Shown: positions 39,501 through 52,411 of the stretch, in pieces
Numbering within the stretch: the stretch's first letter is position 1
Layout: each line of letters starts with the position of its first letter
Source of the DNA: Camelus ferus
Lineage: Eukaryota
Assembly (NCBI RefSeq): GCF_009834535.1
Contig: NC_045696.1
Location: 21,764,001 to 21,828,000, forward strand
Direction: 5' to 3'
DNA length: 64,000 nt
Program-made: the position numbers and the translations under genes
Notes under the pieces: model-generated
Told to the model about the DNA's origin: nothing
The model's database searches: none
What the model saw: only the letters and a program-made list of their open reading frames with translations

Positions 39501-40638
39501 TGAGGTAGACTGCACTACTTTCACAAATATTGACAACCCCCCCGCCCCCAACTCATACCTTCTACAGGAGCAATAAAATTCTCCATTTAATTGATTTCCA
39601 TTTTGGCCACATGACTTAGTTTGGCCAGCAGAGTGTGAAAGGATGTGACATAAGCCATATCCAAGCAAAACCTTAAAGTGAGCACGGGTGGTTTCTCTTG
39701 TTCTTTTGCACGTTAGATCTTTCCACAAGGGAAGATCTTTCCCAGGTAGCAACTGCTTCTTCATCCTGGGACACAGGATAACAGACATCAGTGACCATCT
39801 AGAGCGGAGCCCCGACATCCAACCCCCAGGACCACTTGTGGGAACTGGATGTTGTAAGTTACTGGCATGCTTCAATCCATTGTTCCCTAACATTACTGTA
39901 GCAAAACCAAACTAATAGAGACATTGATACCAGAAGTGGGTTGCCTGAAGGAAAATGTAAAATTTATGACATTGGCTTTGGGGCCAGATGTGGGTGGCCA
40001 GGAAACCATGCTTTTTAGAGATTATCTTGTCCTATTCCACCACTGAATGTTGTTTGGGGAAGCTATGATGTAGCAATTATCACAAGATTTTGAACTTCAA
40101 GTCTGATACCATGAAAGCACAAAACTTGGAGGGGAGGAAGGGGTCTTCACTCACATAGGGGTGAACATATTCTGTGGAGGGGGGAGAAAGGAAAGTTAAT
40201 GTTACAAACAAATTATGAGTAGGTTGCATAATTTTACCACAAATAGTCATTCTCCCTACCCCACCACTGGGGAAGTATATGTTTCCACCCTACTGATGTT
40301 TGCCTCGATTATGCAGTTTGCCTTGAACAAAGGAGTGTGATGGGATGTGACATACAACCCAGCCAGGCAGAGGGTTTAAACGTACTTGTGTGTTCTGGTT
40401 TGGCCTCTTAACTAGTCCCTTCTGCCATGAGAAGAATATGCCCTAGTTAGATCATGTTTATTCAACTTACAGCACAGAACGCCAGATATATTGAACACAT
40501 TTAAATGCACCTGGATCCCAGAAAAGAGATGCCTCTGCCATCTTGCAGACCTGTGAGTAAGGAATAAATCCTTTCTCACGCAAGCCATGGAAGTACTGCA
40601 GTTGTTATATGACTATCACAGAAAGTCTGACTAATAGA
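39501..40638 (+). mobile_element. MLT1(I/J-like) MaLR element: LTR (39501-39919), ~300-bp internal remnant, LTR (40216-40638)
   Basis: Two ~420-bp direct repeats starting TG and both ending CTAATAGA, sharing gagtgtga..ggatgtgacata; MLT-int-like start gacattgataccagaagtggg follows the first LTR. Confidence 0.7.
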
Positions 40639-42163
40639 CAATTTCATAATAATGTGTCAGCAATCTATGCATGAGAAAATAAAAGTGGTATTTCACCTGA
40701 TTTCACCTGATCTTGCCTTCTCCCATGCACATATATTTTACATGCGTGATTTTTATAGTTTTATTTGTAGTTCTGCTTCATCAGGCTATCAAAACATACT
40801 TTTGTCAGTGTCTGTTGTTCTAACCATACCTCCCTAGCATATCCAAAGAGCTTTAGGAGATTCATAAATTGATGAGCTCATGAGGTCAACCTCACCGCTC
40901 CCCCAAGTAAACTTTATAGACCTTTAATCTGGGAATTTGTCTTCTTATGATAAATTAGGAAAATTGTGCATTCACCACTACTTTCACTTGGTGAGCTAAA
41001 ACACAAGACAGCAACAAAACTTTCTGACTGCATTGAATGGTAACCTCATTAATTAATTACCCTCTGTTTTATCTCACTATATCAATGTTTTTAGTTGAAA
41101 TGAAGCATCTTATGTCTTACAATAATCCTTAATCTCCTCAATCAAAACTAAAGAGAAAAAAAATCTTTGACAAACCAATTTAAATGAAAGAAGTAGGTCA
41201 GGGTAGACATTAGGGCTTTCAGATTTAAGAGTCGTCCTCTAGCTGCTCACAGATTTAACCGGAGGATTAGGTTGGCTCGTGAGCACCTTTTCATGCCAAA
41301 GTAGACACCAGGGAACTGAAAACACAGCTGGGATGCTTAGATTATATGTGTGACAACCCCTGGAGGAACTGCCAGCCAGATGCCCATAGAAAAGGCAGCA
41401 TTCCTTGTGCAGCACAGACATGAAACTAATGATGCATTCCATGGTGCAGCCATTGAGATAAAACCATCTGTTGGTTTATTCATCCGCCATTTTGTCATTA
41501 CAGATGAGCATTAAGAAAAAAACATGGCACGAAAAGCAATTTACAAGGGGAGGTTTTTGGTATGTAGACACGCCCTAATGACTATACACATTCATAAATT
41601 TGAAACTGTCTATCACAGTGCTGTCTTATGGTACACCATCCACATATTATGTATGTGATTCCAGCAGGCTGAAAAATTAAAACTATCCACTGCAATGAGG
41701 GAGGCACCAAATTAATTAACTTATCAGTATAAAATGTTGACGTGAGATGTAAGCAGCTTTGGGAAAAGTCAATCAGATTAACATGAATAGTTTTTATAAA
41801 TCATCAACAAATGGCACTGTCATACAGCATGGCTGAGTTTGTTCCCATCAAATGAAAAGATGCAAAACTGAAAAATTAGTGATCTAATCATCACCAACTT
41901 ATTATTCTGAGTGCATATATAGTAGTAATACTAATAATAGTGACTTCAACACAGAAGTCTTGGTGTTTTAAAAAGCTGGAACTTTTAATCAGAAAGTAAT
42001 ATTTTCATTCAGACCTTGTCACTATCTTTTGTTCTGCAGATTTATCTACCCAACAAAGCAGTGTGGAGTCTTGTAAATTTTCCAGTTAATCTATACTATA
42101 AGCAAGTGAATAACAACATTTTATAGATCACTAAAATTTAGAAAATGTTTTTATACAATTTTA

Positions 42164-42606
42164 CGGGCATAACTCAGAGAGATTGCAGGTTTGGCTCCGA
42201 CCACCACAATAAAGCGAGTCATGAATCATTTGGTTTCCTTGTGCATGTAAAAGATACATTTACACTACACTGCAGTCTACTAAGTGTGCAACAGCATGTC
42301 TCAAAAACCTTAATTTAAAAATACTTAGTTGCTAAAAAAAAATGCTAGCCATCATCTGAACCTTCAGCATGTCACAGTGTTAACATCAAAGATCACTGAT
42401 CACAGATCAACATAACAAAAATGGTTCTATTACTCAAAAATGGTGAGAAATACTCAAATGTGACACAGAGGCATGAAGTCAGAAAATCCTGCTGGAAAAA
42501 TGGTGTCAATAGACTTGCTTTACACAGTGTTGCCACAAACCTTCAATTTGTAAAAAAAAAAAAAAAAAGCGCTATCTGCAAAGTCCAATAAAGCAAGGTA
42601 TGCCTG
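42164..42606 (-). mobile_element. Tigger1-derived non-autonomous DNA transposon (Tigger1a-type)
   Basis: TA target duplication (42162-63, 42607-08); TIRs cgggcataactc... / ...aaggtatgcctg; internal gaccaccacaataaagcgag and tgccacaaaccttcaatttgtaaaaaa. Confidence 0.88.
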
Positions 42607-44115
42607 TAAATGTGTTTCTGTTAACCATCCATTGTGTTAGATGCCATCAGCTGCATTTAACCATGAGACTCCTGCGACAGGGAGAGAGACATATCCCTGT
42701 CCTCCTGCCCCATCACAGGGCTGGTGACTGGAAGGGTTCTGACTTGAACCCAGATTTTCTAAATTCAGATCAATCCAAATTTCTAATAAGAGGAGGTTTT
42801 ATTTGCTAGTTAAATCATCATCCTTTCCATCTTCATGAGTATTACACTGATAAGATAAAAGTTAAATACCCATACACTACATACATACAACAAATATGCT
42901 GTAAAATTTTAAATTTTTAAAATTTCTATTTATTGAAATTTAGAATTTATTGATAATTTATCAATGTAAATAGCAGACACAGGAAATCTTAATAATGTTC
43001 ATGTTAAGAACCTTGATTTCATAGCAAAATTGTTTGATACTTACTACCATTAGAATTTTGTATATTATTTAAAACAAGTATCTTCCTTAAAATCTGTCTG
43101 GCAGGAAGATGCAGATAAATTAAATTGGCTAATCTAAGATTTTAGAAGGTTTAAGTGTACAAAGTCTGAACCTTTTGTCCGGGATGTAACTTTTTTTTTT
43201 CCTCTCTCTCCTCTGCCTCCCCTACCCCATGCAGGGAAAAAAAAAAGAAAAACTTTACTGTTTTAAAATAAACTTTAAACAACTACTTTAAACATATGAA
43301 TCCATTTATTTCTTTTATTATAAACGACAGGAAACATGAAAAGTTTCAGAGGACTATAATAAAAAATCAATTTATATAAAAACAAGATATTATAGCAACA
43401 CTTCAATGAGTATTGCTAAGAGACAGGAAGAGCATCTTCTATTTAGTATTGAAAGGAAATGTTTTGCATTTTCTATCACAACTCATGTCATCTATAACTA
43501 AAAATAATGACTTCATCCCTTGGAAATCTGAGAGAAATAAGCAATGCATCTTCCCAAGCATGAAGGGGAAGGATTTTTGTGAAAACGATGCACCACAGTT
43601 TCTCCCCAAAGTTGGCAGCCATTAAAAAGTTATTAACAAGACTGGCTTACAAGGCTGCAGAGTTTACCTTTGGTTCCTAACACATATTCCTTTTAGGTCC
43701 CTCTAACCCCGTCTCTTCCTGCCTTTCCTTCCGAATGTGCTGGATTCCCTTGCAGCATCCCTCCAGAGGAAGTGTACTGTCTGTATGTGCCTATTTTATA
43801 TGGATCTTGATGATAAATGCCCCTAAAATCTAAAGAATATTTTAGAGTTACTGTATGTTTGTATGTCATTTAATTTTGAGTATGCGATCTACGTTTTTCA
43901 TTAATGTGAAATCAAAGATATCTACTATGAAGCATCATCTTGTTTCAATTTTTTCCCAATTCTCCTGGTTTCCACTCATCTCACCAAAACAAGTCCTGTT
44001 TATTAGTCTTGTGTGTTCTTTCAGATACATTTTAAACATATATAAGAAAAATAGACAACACTGTTGCTGGGTTGGTAAAAAGACACACCAAACATGGTTC
44101 TGTTTCTGAATGAAC

Positions 44116-44917
44116 TCACCTCATATTGGTCAGAATGGCTATCATCAAAAAAGACTACAAATTATAAATGCTGGAGAGTGTGCAGAGGAAATGGAACCCT
44201 CCTACACTGTTGGTGAGAATATAAATTGGTGTAGACACTATGGAAAATTGTACAGAGGTTCCTTTAAAAAGCTAGAGTTACCATGTGATCCAGCAATCCC
44301 AATCCTGGGCATACATCCGGAGAAAACTCGAATTCAAAAAGATACATGCACCCCAATGTTCATAGCAGCACTATTAACAATAGCCAAGACATGGAAGCAA
44401 CCTCAGTGTCCATCACAACAGATGACTGGATTAAGAAGTTGTGGTGTAGCTGTGTATACACACACACACACACACACACACAGAGGAATACAGAGGAATA
44501 TTACTTAGCCATAAAAAGAATGAAATAATGCCATCTGTAGCAACATGGATGGACCTAGAGATATCATACTATGTCAGACAAAGACAAATATTATATATCA
44601 TTTATATGCAGAATCTAAAAGATACAGCACAAATAAACTTGTTTACAAAACAGAGACTTATGGTTACCAAAAGGGAAGCGGGAGAGGGATAAATTGGGAG
44701 TAGGGGGTTAAAAGATGCACATTACCACGTATAAAATAGATAAACAACAAGGATTTACTGTATAGTATAGGGAACTATATGCAATATTTTTAATAAACTA
44801 TAATGGAATAGAATTGAAAAAAAAATAGATATTTACATATACATAACCAAATCACCTTGCTGTACACCTGAAACAAACATGATATTGTAAATCAACTACA
44901 CAACAATTTAAAAAAAA
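44116..44917 (+). mobile_element. 5'-truncated L1 (ORF2 C-terminus, 3' UTR, poly-A) with internal (CA)n
   Basis: Frameshifted ORF2-like peptide ELPCDPAIPILGIHPEK...KDTCTPMFIAALLTIAKTWKQPQCPS; 3' UTR ending tgctgtacacctgaaac...ttgtaaatcaacta plus A tail. Confidence 0.93.
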
Positions 44918-45221
44918 TGAATAATACCTGATCAAGTTGCATAATCCACTCAACAGAATTTTTCCCACTGGTGGGCAAACTGACATCTACAAGTAATAAG
45001 CAATTGCCCTTAAATACAAGACAAACACATTAGATACACACTCGGGAGTAAACAAAAGAGCCAGCTATTTTTTCAAGAATGACTACACTTTAGGTTAACT
45101 ATTTTATGCAGTACCACAAATAGTAAAATAAGCATGCATATATATGTATAAAAATTTTCCAATCTAGCAGAAAAATAAGACCTATAACATAAAGAACACC
45201 AGACTTCACTTCTATCCAAGT

Positions 45222-45376
45222 CTTTTTAAATGTAAAATTAACGAAGTATACACACATTCAGAAAAGCACACAAATCATAAATGTCCAGTCTATGCATTTT
45301 CACAAAGTGTGTGTACTTGTATAACCAGCATCCTAATAAATGGAGTATTTCTAGCACCCTGAAGATGCCCTTGTGA
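45222..45376 (-). mobile_element. Old L1M (L1MD/ME-like) 3' fragment
   Basis: cagaaaagcacacaaatcataaatgtccagtc...attttcacaaagtg...ttgtataaccagca. Confidence 0.55.
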
Positions 45377-45483
45377 AAAGAAGAGGTGGAAGTATTATAT
45401 TAACTGAAAACAGAACAAGTCCCTTTTATGAGAAGTTGAAGAACAACTATTAATATTCTGAAAATATTAACTCCAATACATTA

Positions 45484-45516
<33 letters not shown>

Positions 45517-45522
45517 CATATA
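45484..45522. repeat. (CT)n(TA)n microsatellite
   Basis: ctctct...ctatatatata run. Confidence 0.9.
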
Positions 45523-45825
45523 TGAAGTATATAATCTCCTACCCTCTCAGATTTATACAAAATGCTGTAAATATAGTTCACATTTGAAATCACAGGAATG
45601 TGCAGGTTTGAAGACTGGGGCATATTCAAGAAGTGCACAAAAGTCTAAGTTCTAAATCCCAAGGGAATATTAAAAAATTCCAAACTAATTTATGTCTAGA
45701 ATTTAAATCTCAGAGATTAGATCCAAAATGGAAAACCAGGAAGTGTCAGGGATTTTAGTGAGTGCCAGCTCTCAGCTTCTTATGTACATCGGGCAATTAC
45801 AACAATTAGTTGTTAATTATGACAG

Positions 45826-46070
45826 ATAACAATGAGGACCAACCATTACTGAGTGTTTTGCTGTGATATCAACAAAGACTATTCTAGATACTTTCCAGGA
45901 TTATCTCATTTACTCTTCCTATCAACTTTATGAGGTAAGTTTAATTATCATCTCTATTTTAAAGATGAGCAAAGTAAGGTAGAGAGGGGCTAAAGTGACC
46001 AAAACAGTATGGAATGGGTCATCCAGCTTGGAAGTGTTGGAGGTGGATTTAAAGCCAGTCTGATTTCCAG
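45826..46070 (-). mobile_element. MIR SINE
   Basis: attatctcatttactcttc...tatgaggtaag...attatcatctctattttaaagatgag...ggatttaaagccagtctgatttcca. Confidence 0.75.
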
Positions 46071-47914
46071 TACAGCCTTGGCTCAAAACAGGGTCTCTGA
46101 AAGCAGTCTGAGGAATCCAGGAGTCAGCTTGGCAGGAAATAGCAGAGCATGTGAGGGGAGGAATCTCAATTAGGCAGTAGGGCTCCAGGCACAGGAGCTC
46201 AGGAAACTGGAGTCCAGCGCAGTATTCAGAGTCCTGTGGAGACTTAGTACTGGGGTCCTCATCAGCCATTCCACTGTGATCTCCTGGCGACAGTTTAGAG
46301 GGTCCTCAAAACCGAGGCAATTTTCCTCTCACGGTTGGTATTTTCTCAGTCAGCCTCTGATGCTGGCTTCTTGGTAACGATAGGTTTCTTTCAGTTTTAT
46401 GATCCTTTCCACTGAGGCATTATTCGAACAAGGCTCACATATATTCTTTCTTGAGAAGAGAGTTCCCTGAACTCTCGTATTAATAACATACGTAGGTTAA
46501 TATGCATATTGCATTCCACTGCCTTAAGACAACAAAAGCTTATTTTATGACCACAGAATCCATTGTGGGTAGACTTTATCTTCTAGTTATGCCATCTGGC
46601 ATTGGTGATGACCACGGAAAACAGAGACAAATGGAAGCAGCGCAAGCAGCACGCCTACTGAGAACCGCCTCAGCCTGGAAGTCCCAACTGCAGAGGAAGC
46701 TGAGAAACAGAGTGGCTGAACTCTGTCTGCCCACCACACACAGCTTCCTCTTTCAGGAGTTTGAGACATTCCTGTGGCCTTTCCTTGTTCTAGATTATTG
46801 ATCTTGGCATTCTGTTTGGTCAGTTGTGAGTCTCAAACTTCAAATTTCATTGGCTATTTCTCCTGGAAGGCCTCCCAGACCTTATACAAATTGTATTTCT
46901 GGTGGAGAATATTGTGATATCCCAGTACGGACATAACCCTCTTAAAAAGAAAAAATATGTGTGTGTGTGTGTAATGTAATTTGAATTAATTTAATTTTGT
47001 AACTCAAGAAAAAAATTCCTATGATTTTCTCTTGCTGCCAGTGACAGCACTTTATAGATATTGGAGGTAAAAAATTCTAGAAAATACCCTGATTGAAAAT
47101 ACCCTCTTTGGACCAATAGCTTTGGTTCTACATTTCCATGACTGATTATCACTCTTCAATTTCTGGTCACTCCTCCCATTTATGTAATTATAAACCTTCT
47201 AGTCATTGGCTCTCTTTACTTTTTAATATTTTTTCTATATAATTTCTTTTCAAATGAAACATTATAGTAGTTTCATATCACTAATAGAGAATTTTACTGG
47301 CAGTGAGGCTCTTTGCTTGCCTATATTTCTGGTGTTCTTTGAAGCTTCATCTTGCCTGGTTGAACTCAAAATTCATTGTTTGACTCCTTTTCCAAAGCTG
47401 AGTAATATTAAAAATATCTCTTTGTTAATTGTTTTGATGAAGTTTAACAATTTCATACAGATGAAAATGCTACTCCATCCCCCCCATGCAGTGACCAATT
47501 TAACTGAGACTTAAAAAGGAGATACTTGCAGGTGTAGACATACAGTAGAAGTTGTGAGTTTTTCAGATGTATGCTTTTTCAGGACTTCTCCTTTTCAGAT
47601 AGTCCCCAGGGTGCTTTATTGAGGTCTGTGTAGTCTTGATTCAGAGAATTCCTGGTAAATAAGTGTTTGATTATAGTAAGGGCTCCAAGATTCCAGGACC
47701 AATCACATTCTCGGGTATAACCTTTGGAAGGAAACCTAAACCAGAAGGTAAGTTCAAGAATTAAATTGGACTCTGAATCACAGATGGCTTGGAGCCAAAC
47801 CAAGTGAAGATGCTAAATATTAGACTAAAAAGAACATGGATTCTTTCAGCATAAGTGAAGTGTACATATACATTTATACACTACATATACATACATACAC
47901 ATACAAGATATATA

Positions 47915-48110
47915 AAACCAACTTAAACTAGCTTAAAGCAAAGAAAGTGTAATAGCTCAATGTAAGTGGAAAGTCAAGGACTGGAACTAAATTTGAGCAC
48001 GGCTGGATGAGGGAACGCAAAGGCTATCGAGACCATGCCACTCTACGTATCTCTCTGCTCTGCTTGGCCTCATTCTTAGACATTTCTCTCCACATGCAAC
48101 CAATGCTTGC
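47915..48110 (-). mobile_element. Degenerate MLT1J/K-like MaLR LTR fragment
   Basis: aaaccaacttaaactagcttaaagcaaagaaag...gcacggctggat...tctctgctctgcttggcctcattctt. Confidence 0.5.
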
Positions 48111-51100
48111 AATCCTGCCTGCTCCTGCAATCACGGTGGTGAGGATCAACTGTCCCATCTCCCAAGGTAGGGTTGGCGAGTAGGAGTCGGCCCCACCCTA
48201 GGTGAGCAAGTTTATGTTGGAATGATAGGCATTTCCCATTGGAGATAACTCAGAACAAGTTTTCTCCTTCAGTTGGTGGAAATTAAAGGAGATAAGCCTG
48301 AGCTCTGTCTTCCCTCCATGAATTACCCAGCTTGAGCCCAAGCCTGGAGGGAATGAGACAAAATGCCTCCAGATCACGGACGGCAACCTCAGACCATAGT
48401 ACCTTCTTTGCCAAAATTAATGTTTTAACCAGTTCTTGGTTGTTTTATCATGACTATCTTTGCTTATATTTTCCAGTTTAATATTTTAATTTATCACCTT
48501 TATCCTTTTGGATTCAATGTTTCAGCTCTTACTGTACATACGTTGCTAATTTTACATTCTTGTTATTTCCGTACTCTTTTAAAAGCACCAGCCAAACCAT
48601 ACCGTTATAGCAGGGGCAGATGTGAGATGGTTCTAGGCGGTAAATCAGGGATATTACGAGGCTGTCTCATGTGTGATCCTGGACAAAGTTCAAGTGCTGT
48701 CTGCCCTGAGCTGGCCCTGGAGAGATTCCTTTAGCAACTAATGATGCTCAAAAGAGTGCTTGGCAAATTTTAGATGTTCAATAAACATGTGTCGAGTCAA
48801 TGACTCTCTTCCCTGTTTCTTCCTTATTTGGATTCTTTAACTATAAAAGTAACCTATAAATTCAGTGAAAGTAAATTGTCCCCTTTCAGTTTACAAATTA
48901 AGAACTGAGAGCAAGATAGGCTAAGTAACCTGAGAACAAAAGTAATTCATTGGGTCAGGCTAAGAATTTGTGTAAATATCACGTCATTTGATTGAACAGA
49001 CGTTAATTAATGCTTACTATATGCAAACCACTTTGCTAGGTGCTAGGGAGTTAGATAATTAAGACATTATTCCTGTCCATCGTAAGCATACAATCTAACT
49101 GGAAAAACATAAAAACAAATTGAACCATAGAATGAAATAATTACTACTTAGATCTAAAGTAACAGGAAGTCCAGACAAAGGCATGATTTCATGAATAGAC
49201 ATGGTAAAGCCTCAAAAATGAGGTGACTTTTTTAACATTCCCTTAATGAATAAGACTTTAAAAGGCAAAGAAGGGAGAATGCTGGGCTAATGTAATAATA
49301 CAAGTCATAATTTAAACCAGTAAAAGTTTAAGGAAATTGGATTTGGGGAGAAAATATGTGATGATAAAGTTAGCATTGCAAATTTATTAGAGTCTATGGA
49401 TAGAAAAAAATAATTTCGGTGACCATGGCCTCACTGACACTTCTGAGGAGACACTTATCATAGCTTCTTCATATACTTTAGAATTTCTAGCCTGAACCCT
49501 CCCGGTAGAGAAAGAAATACTGGCTGATTCAGTAACCAAAGGTCTCTCTCTCTGGGCTCAACTTTCTCAATCTAGTTCACAGCAGTGGGAATACTGCCCT
49601 GTCTAAACTCTGACAACTGTTGAATAAACTCATTTTGACCTAACCCATTTCCCGTTAGCTGAGCTCAGTTCTTGTTCCAGTGTCTCAACTGAATAGGTAA
49701 AAATCCTTAGATCGGCACAGTTAATTGAAATCCCCATTGGCCTGTCAGGTGGCTTCTAGAGGCACACCTATAATTAGATCGGTGTCCCTGGGTTCTTAGT
49801 ATCTGGTTTTATTTACGCCACCCCTGTTCAAATTTACACTTAACCTCTGCTGGGCTCTCTTCACACCCAAGCCTACACCCAGCATTTCCGTTTCTTCTGT
49901 CTTCCTACAAATTTCTTCTACCTCTAAGTCCAGTCCACCAAATGACTGGTACCATACTGATACTTAAACTCTGTTGATGGCAATAACAGAGTAGAGTTCT
50001 TTATGTTCCAACACATACAAGAAGGAGAATTGGACAATAATAGCATTTGTTGTTTGATTGGTATGTACTAAATAAGACAAAATGATCAGTCCCCTGGACA
50101 TTTTGTTTGGATCCTAGATCAAAACATATTGCTTTCTGCCTCCTTAGAAATTACAGGCATTTTGATCATGCTAATAATCATTTCATAAACAGTAAGTAGT
50201 CTGTACTGATACAAGCCTTACAGATATTAAAGGCTGAAAATGTACAAATAACAATCTAAAGCAGTGAGGCTGGCTAAATTATAAGAGTGTCTCAAAAGAT
50301 GTACCTTTGATCAGAACATTACTCACAATTCTAGTAACACATGCCAAAAGAATTTTTCATGTAGCAGAAATTGGACCCAGATAATTTGCTTGACATACCT
50401 AACAACTTAGAAAACAAACAAATCATTGCATCTCCGTTAGTGTTTCCTGACTGATGAATGCGATCAATATAAGTGATTGCTCTTTAAATGAGAATGTCAT
50501 CACTTCTTCCAAATAACATGATGGCCTTAGGCTTTTTGCTTCCATCCTAGTTTGTGAGTCTCGCTAAGATAAACATGGTATTTACACCTCTCACTGCAGG
50601 GTCACTAGCAATTTCCTTTTGGAGACAGATATTTTAAAATGTGATATTGTCATAGGAGAATCTCAACATATAACTTATGTGAAAATAAAGAATAAAAGAA
50701 AGTGATGAACGAAGACTATTCTCATTTCAAGAGAATACTTAAAGAAATCTTAAGAATATTAAAGTCCAAAATATTTAATCTCAGTATATTTTGATAATTT
50801 ACTATACTAAATAATATATTTTTATATAATATATATTATATAATAAAGTATATTTTAACTACAGTTTACATAAGTTTTAAATTTATTAAGAACCTGGTTA
50901 TTTAGCTGGGGCTTTATGAATTCTTTTAGTTTAATACATTTTTATTTCCAATGAAAACATGCAAAGGTTCACTGTATTTAAATAATAGGTAACAAAACTA
51001 TAAATGCATGTTTGCACTGCTTTTAGTCAACTTACAGACTTTACACATAAGAATTCTTTTGTTTCTACTTAGGTTTCAAACTAATTTTAAACTTGTCTAA

Positions 51101-51694
51101 ATCGTCATGATCAAAAGTACCCTTTTCAAGATGTGATGTATTGTTCAATACTCTTATCTAAAACCAAAAAGAGTTTCTTATTGATCTATTGACTTCTGAG
51201 GGCAATTATGGTGGTTTCAGACATTAAAATTGCTATTAACTACGATATTGTTTGGGCAGTGGCAAAGCCATGCTATTAGTTAACGTTCAGACTGATATTG
51301 ATTGGCTTTTTTCAACAATAAATATAAACTTACTAGACAGCAGCATTCAACTATTTCTTTTCTGACAGTTATGGAACTAGCAAAAAGATTCGAAACGTGT
51401 GTTGCATGGCCAACCCCATACCTGAGACGACAGGAATCACTGCTTTCTTTATGTCCATACAGCATTCTGTATATGCCTCTAATGGAACGATTACTACATG
51501 GTATTTATTATTTTTGTATATGAATTCTAAGTTTTTTAAATTCTAGTGGCCCACTCAACAGGAAGGATCTCAATATTTATCATGGAATAAATATATTCAA
51601 ATAAATGAACTTACAATAGACAAATTTCAATCAGTAACAAGTCTACAGATGCAGGTCCAACAAAACGCTGAGTGTCAACTTAAATGTTCTAGGT

Positions 51695-51840
51695 CAGTGC
51701 CGTTCGATAAAGGAACCACTAACATAAGTGATCATTACACACTTGATATGTGGCCACTACCACTGAATTTTAAGTTTTGTTTTAAAGTTAAATTGAAATA
51801 TAAGGAGACATATAGTTAGTGGTTACCGCACTGGACAGTT
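51695..51840. mobile_element. MER3-like hAT-Charlie MITE, degenerate
   Basis: cacttgatatgtggcc...actgaattttaagttttgttttaa...tagttagtggttaccgcactggacag. Confidence 0.55.
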
Positions 51841-52411
51841 TCTAGAGGTTCTTTAAGGAGTAAACTTTGGCAGTCTTTCAAAAGTATCAATAATTTTCTT
51901 CCATAAATGTCAGGAAATCAGAACTCTGAAGGGGGAATTCAGCTGAAGATTTCCTGAGAGCTATGAGACAGATGTCATAGTCAAGTTTTCACTGATAAAG
52001 ACCAAAAAACACTGAATTGCTAAAGAGTGAGAAGATATTCCACAATCAGATCTAAAGACTCTGAAATTGTTGCCTTTTGCTGTCATGATTATTTACTGCA
52101 CCCGAGAGCAAAAATCAACTGAAGCAGATAGTCAAAAAAAAAAAAAAAAGGAAATTAAATGCAAAAGAGAGTGAAGGCCAATAGAACTGGCTACTAAAAA
52201 GGCAGTGACTGGTCTCAGTGTTCATTCATCCTGAAACATGCAGGTCTCAGGCATGAATTTCCGGGATATAACAGGCTAATTCAATGTACCAAGACCATGT
52301 GCCAGGCCACCAAATTTCCCCTGACCTATTTAGACTCTGATGCTAACTTTTTCCCTTTGGACTCATTGTTGAGCCATTGATTGTTTTTATTTTGACTTAC
52401 TTTCCTCTAAC

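Noticed and set aside
44110..44528. 132-aa ORF
   Set aside because: Frameshifted L1 ORF2 C-terminal remnant, not a host gene
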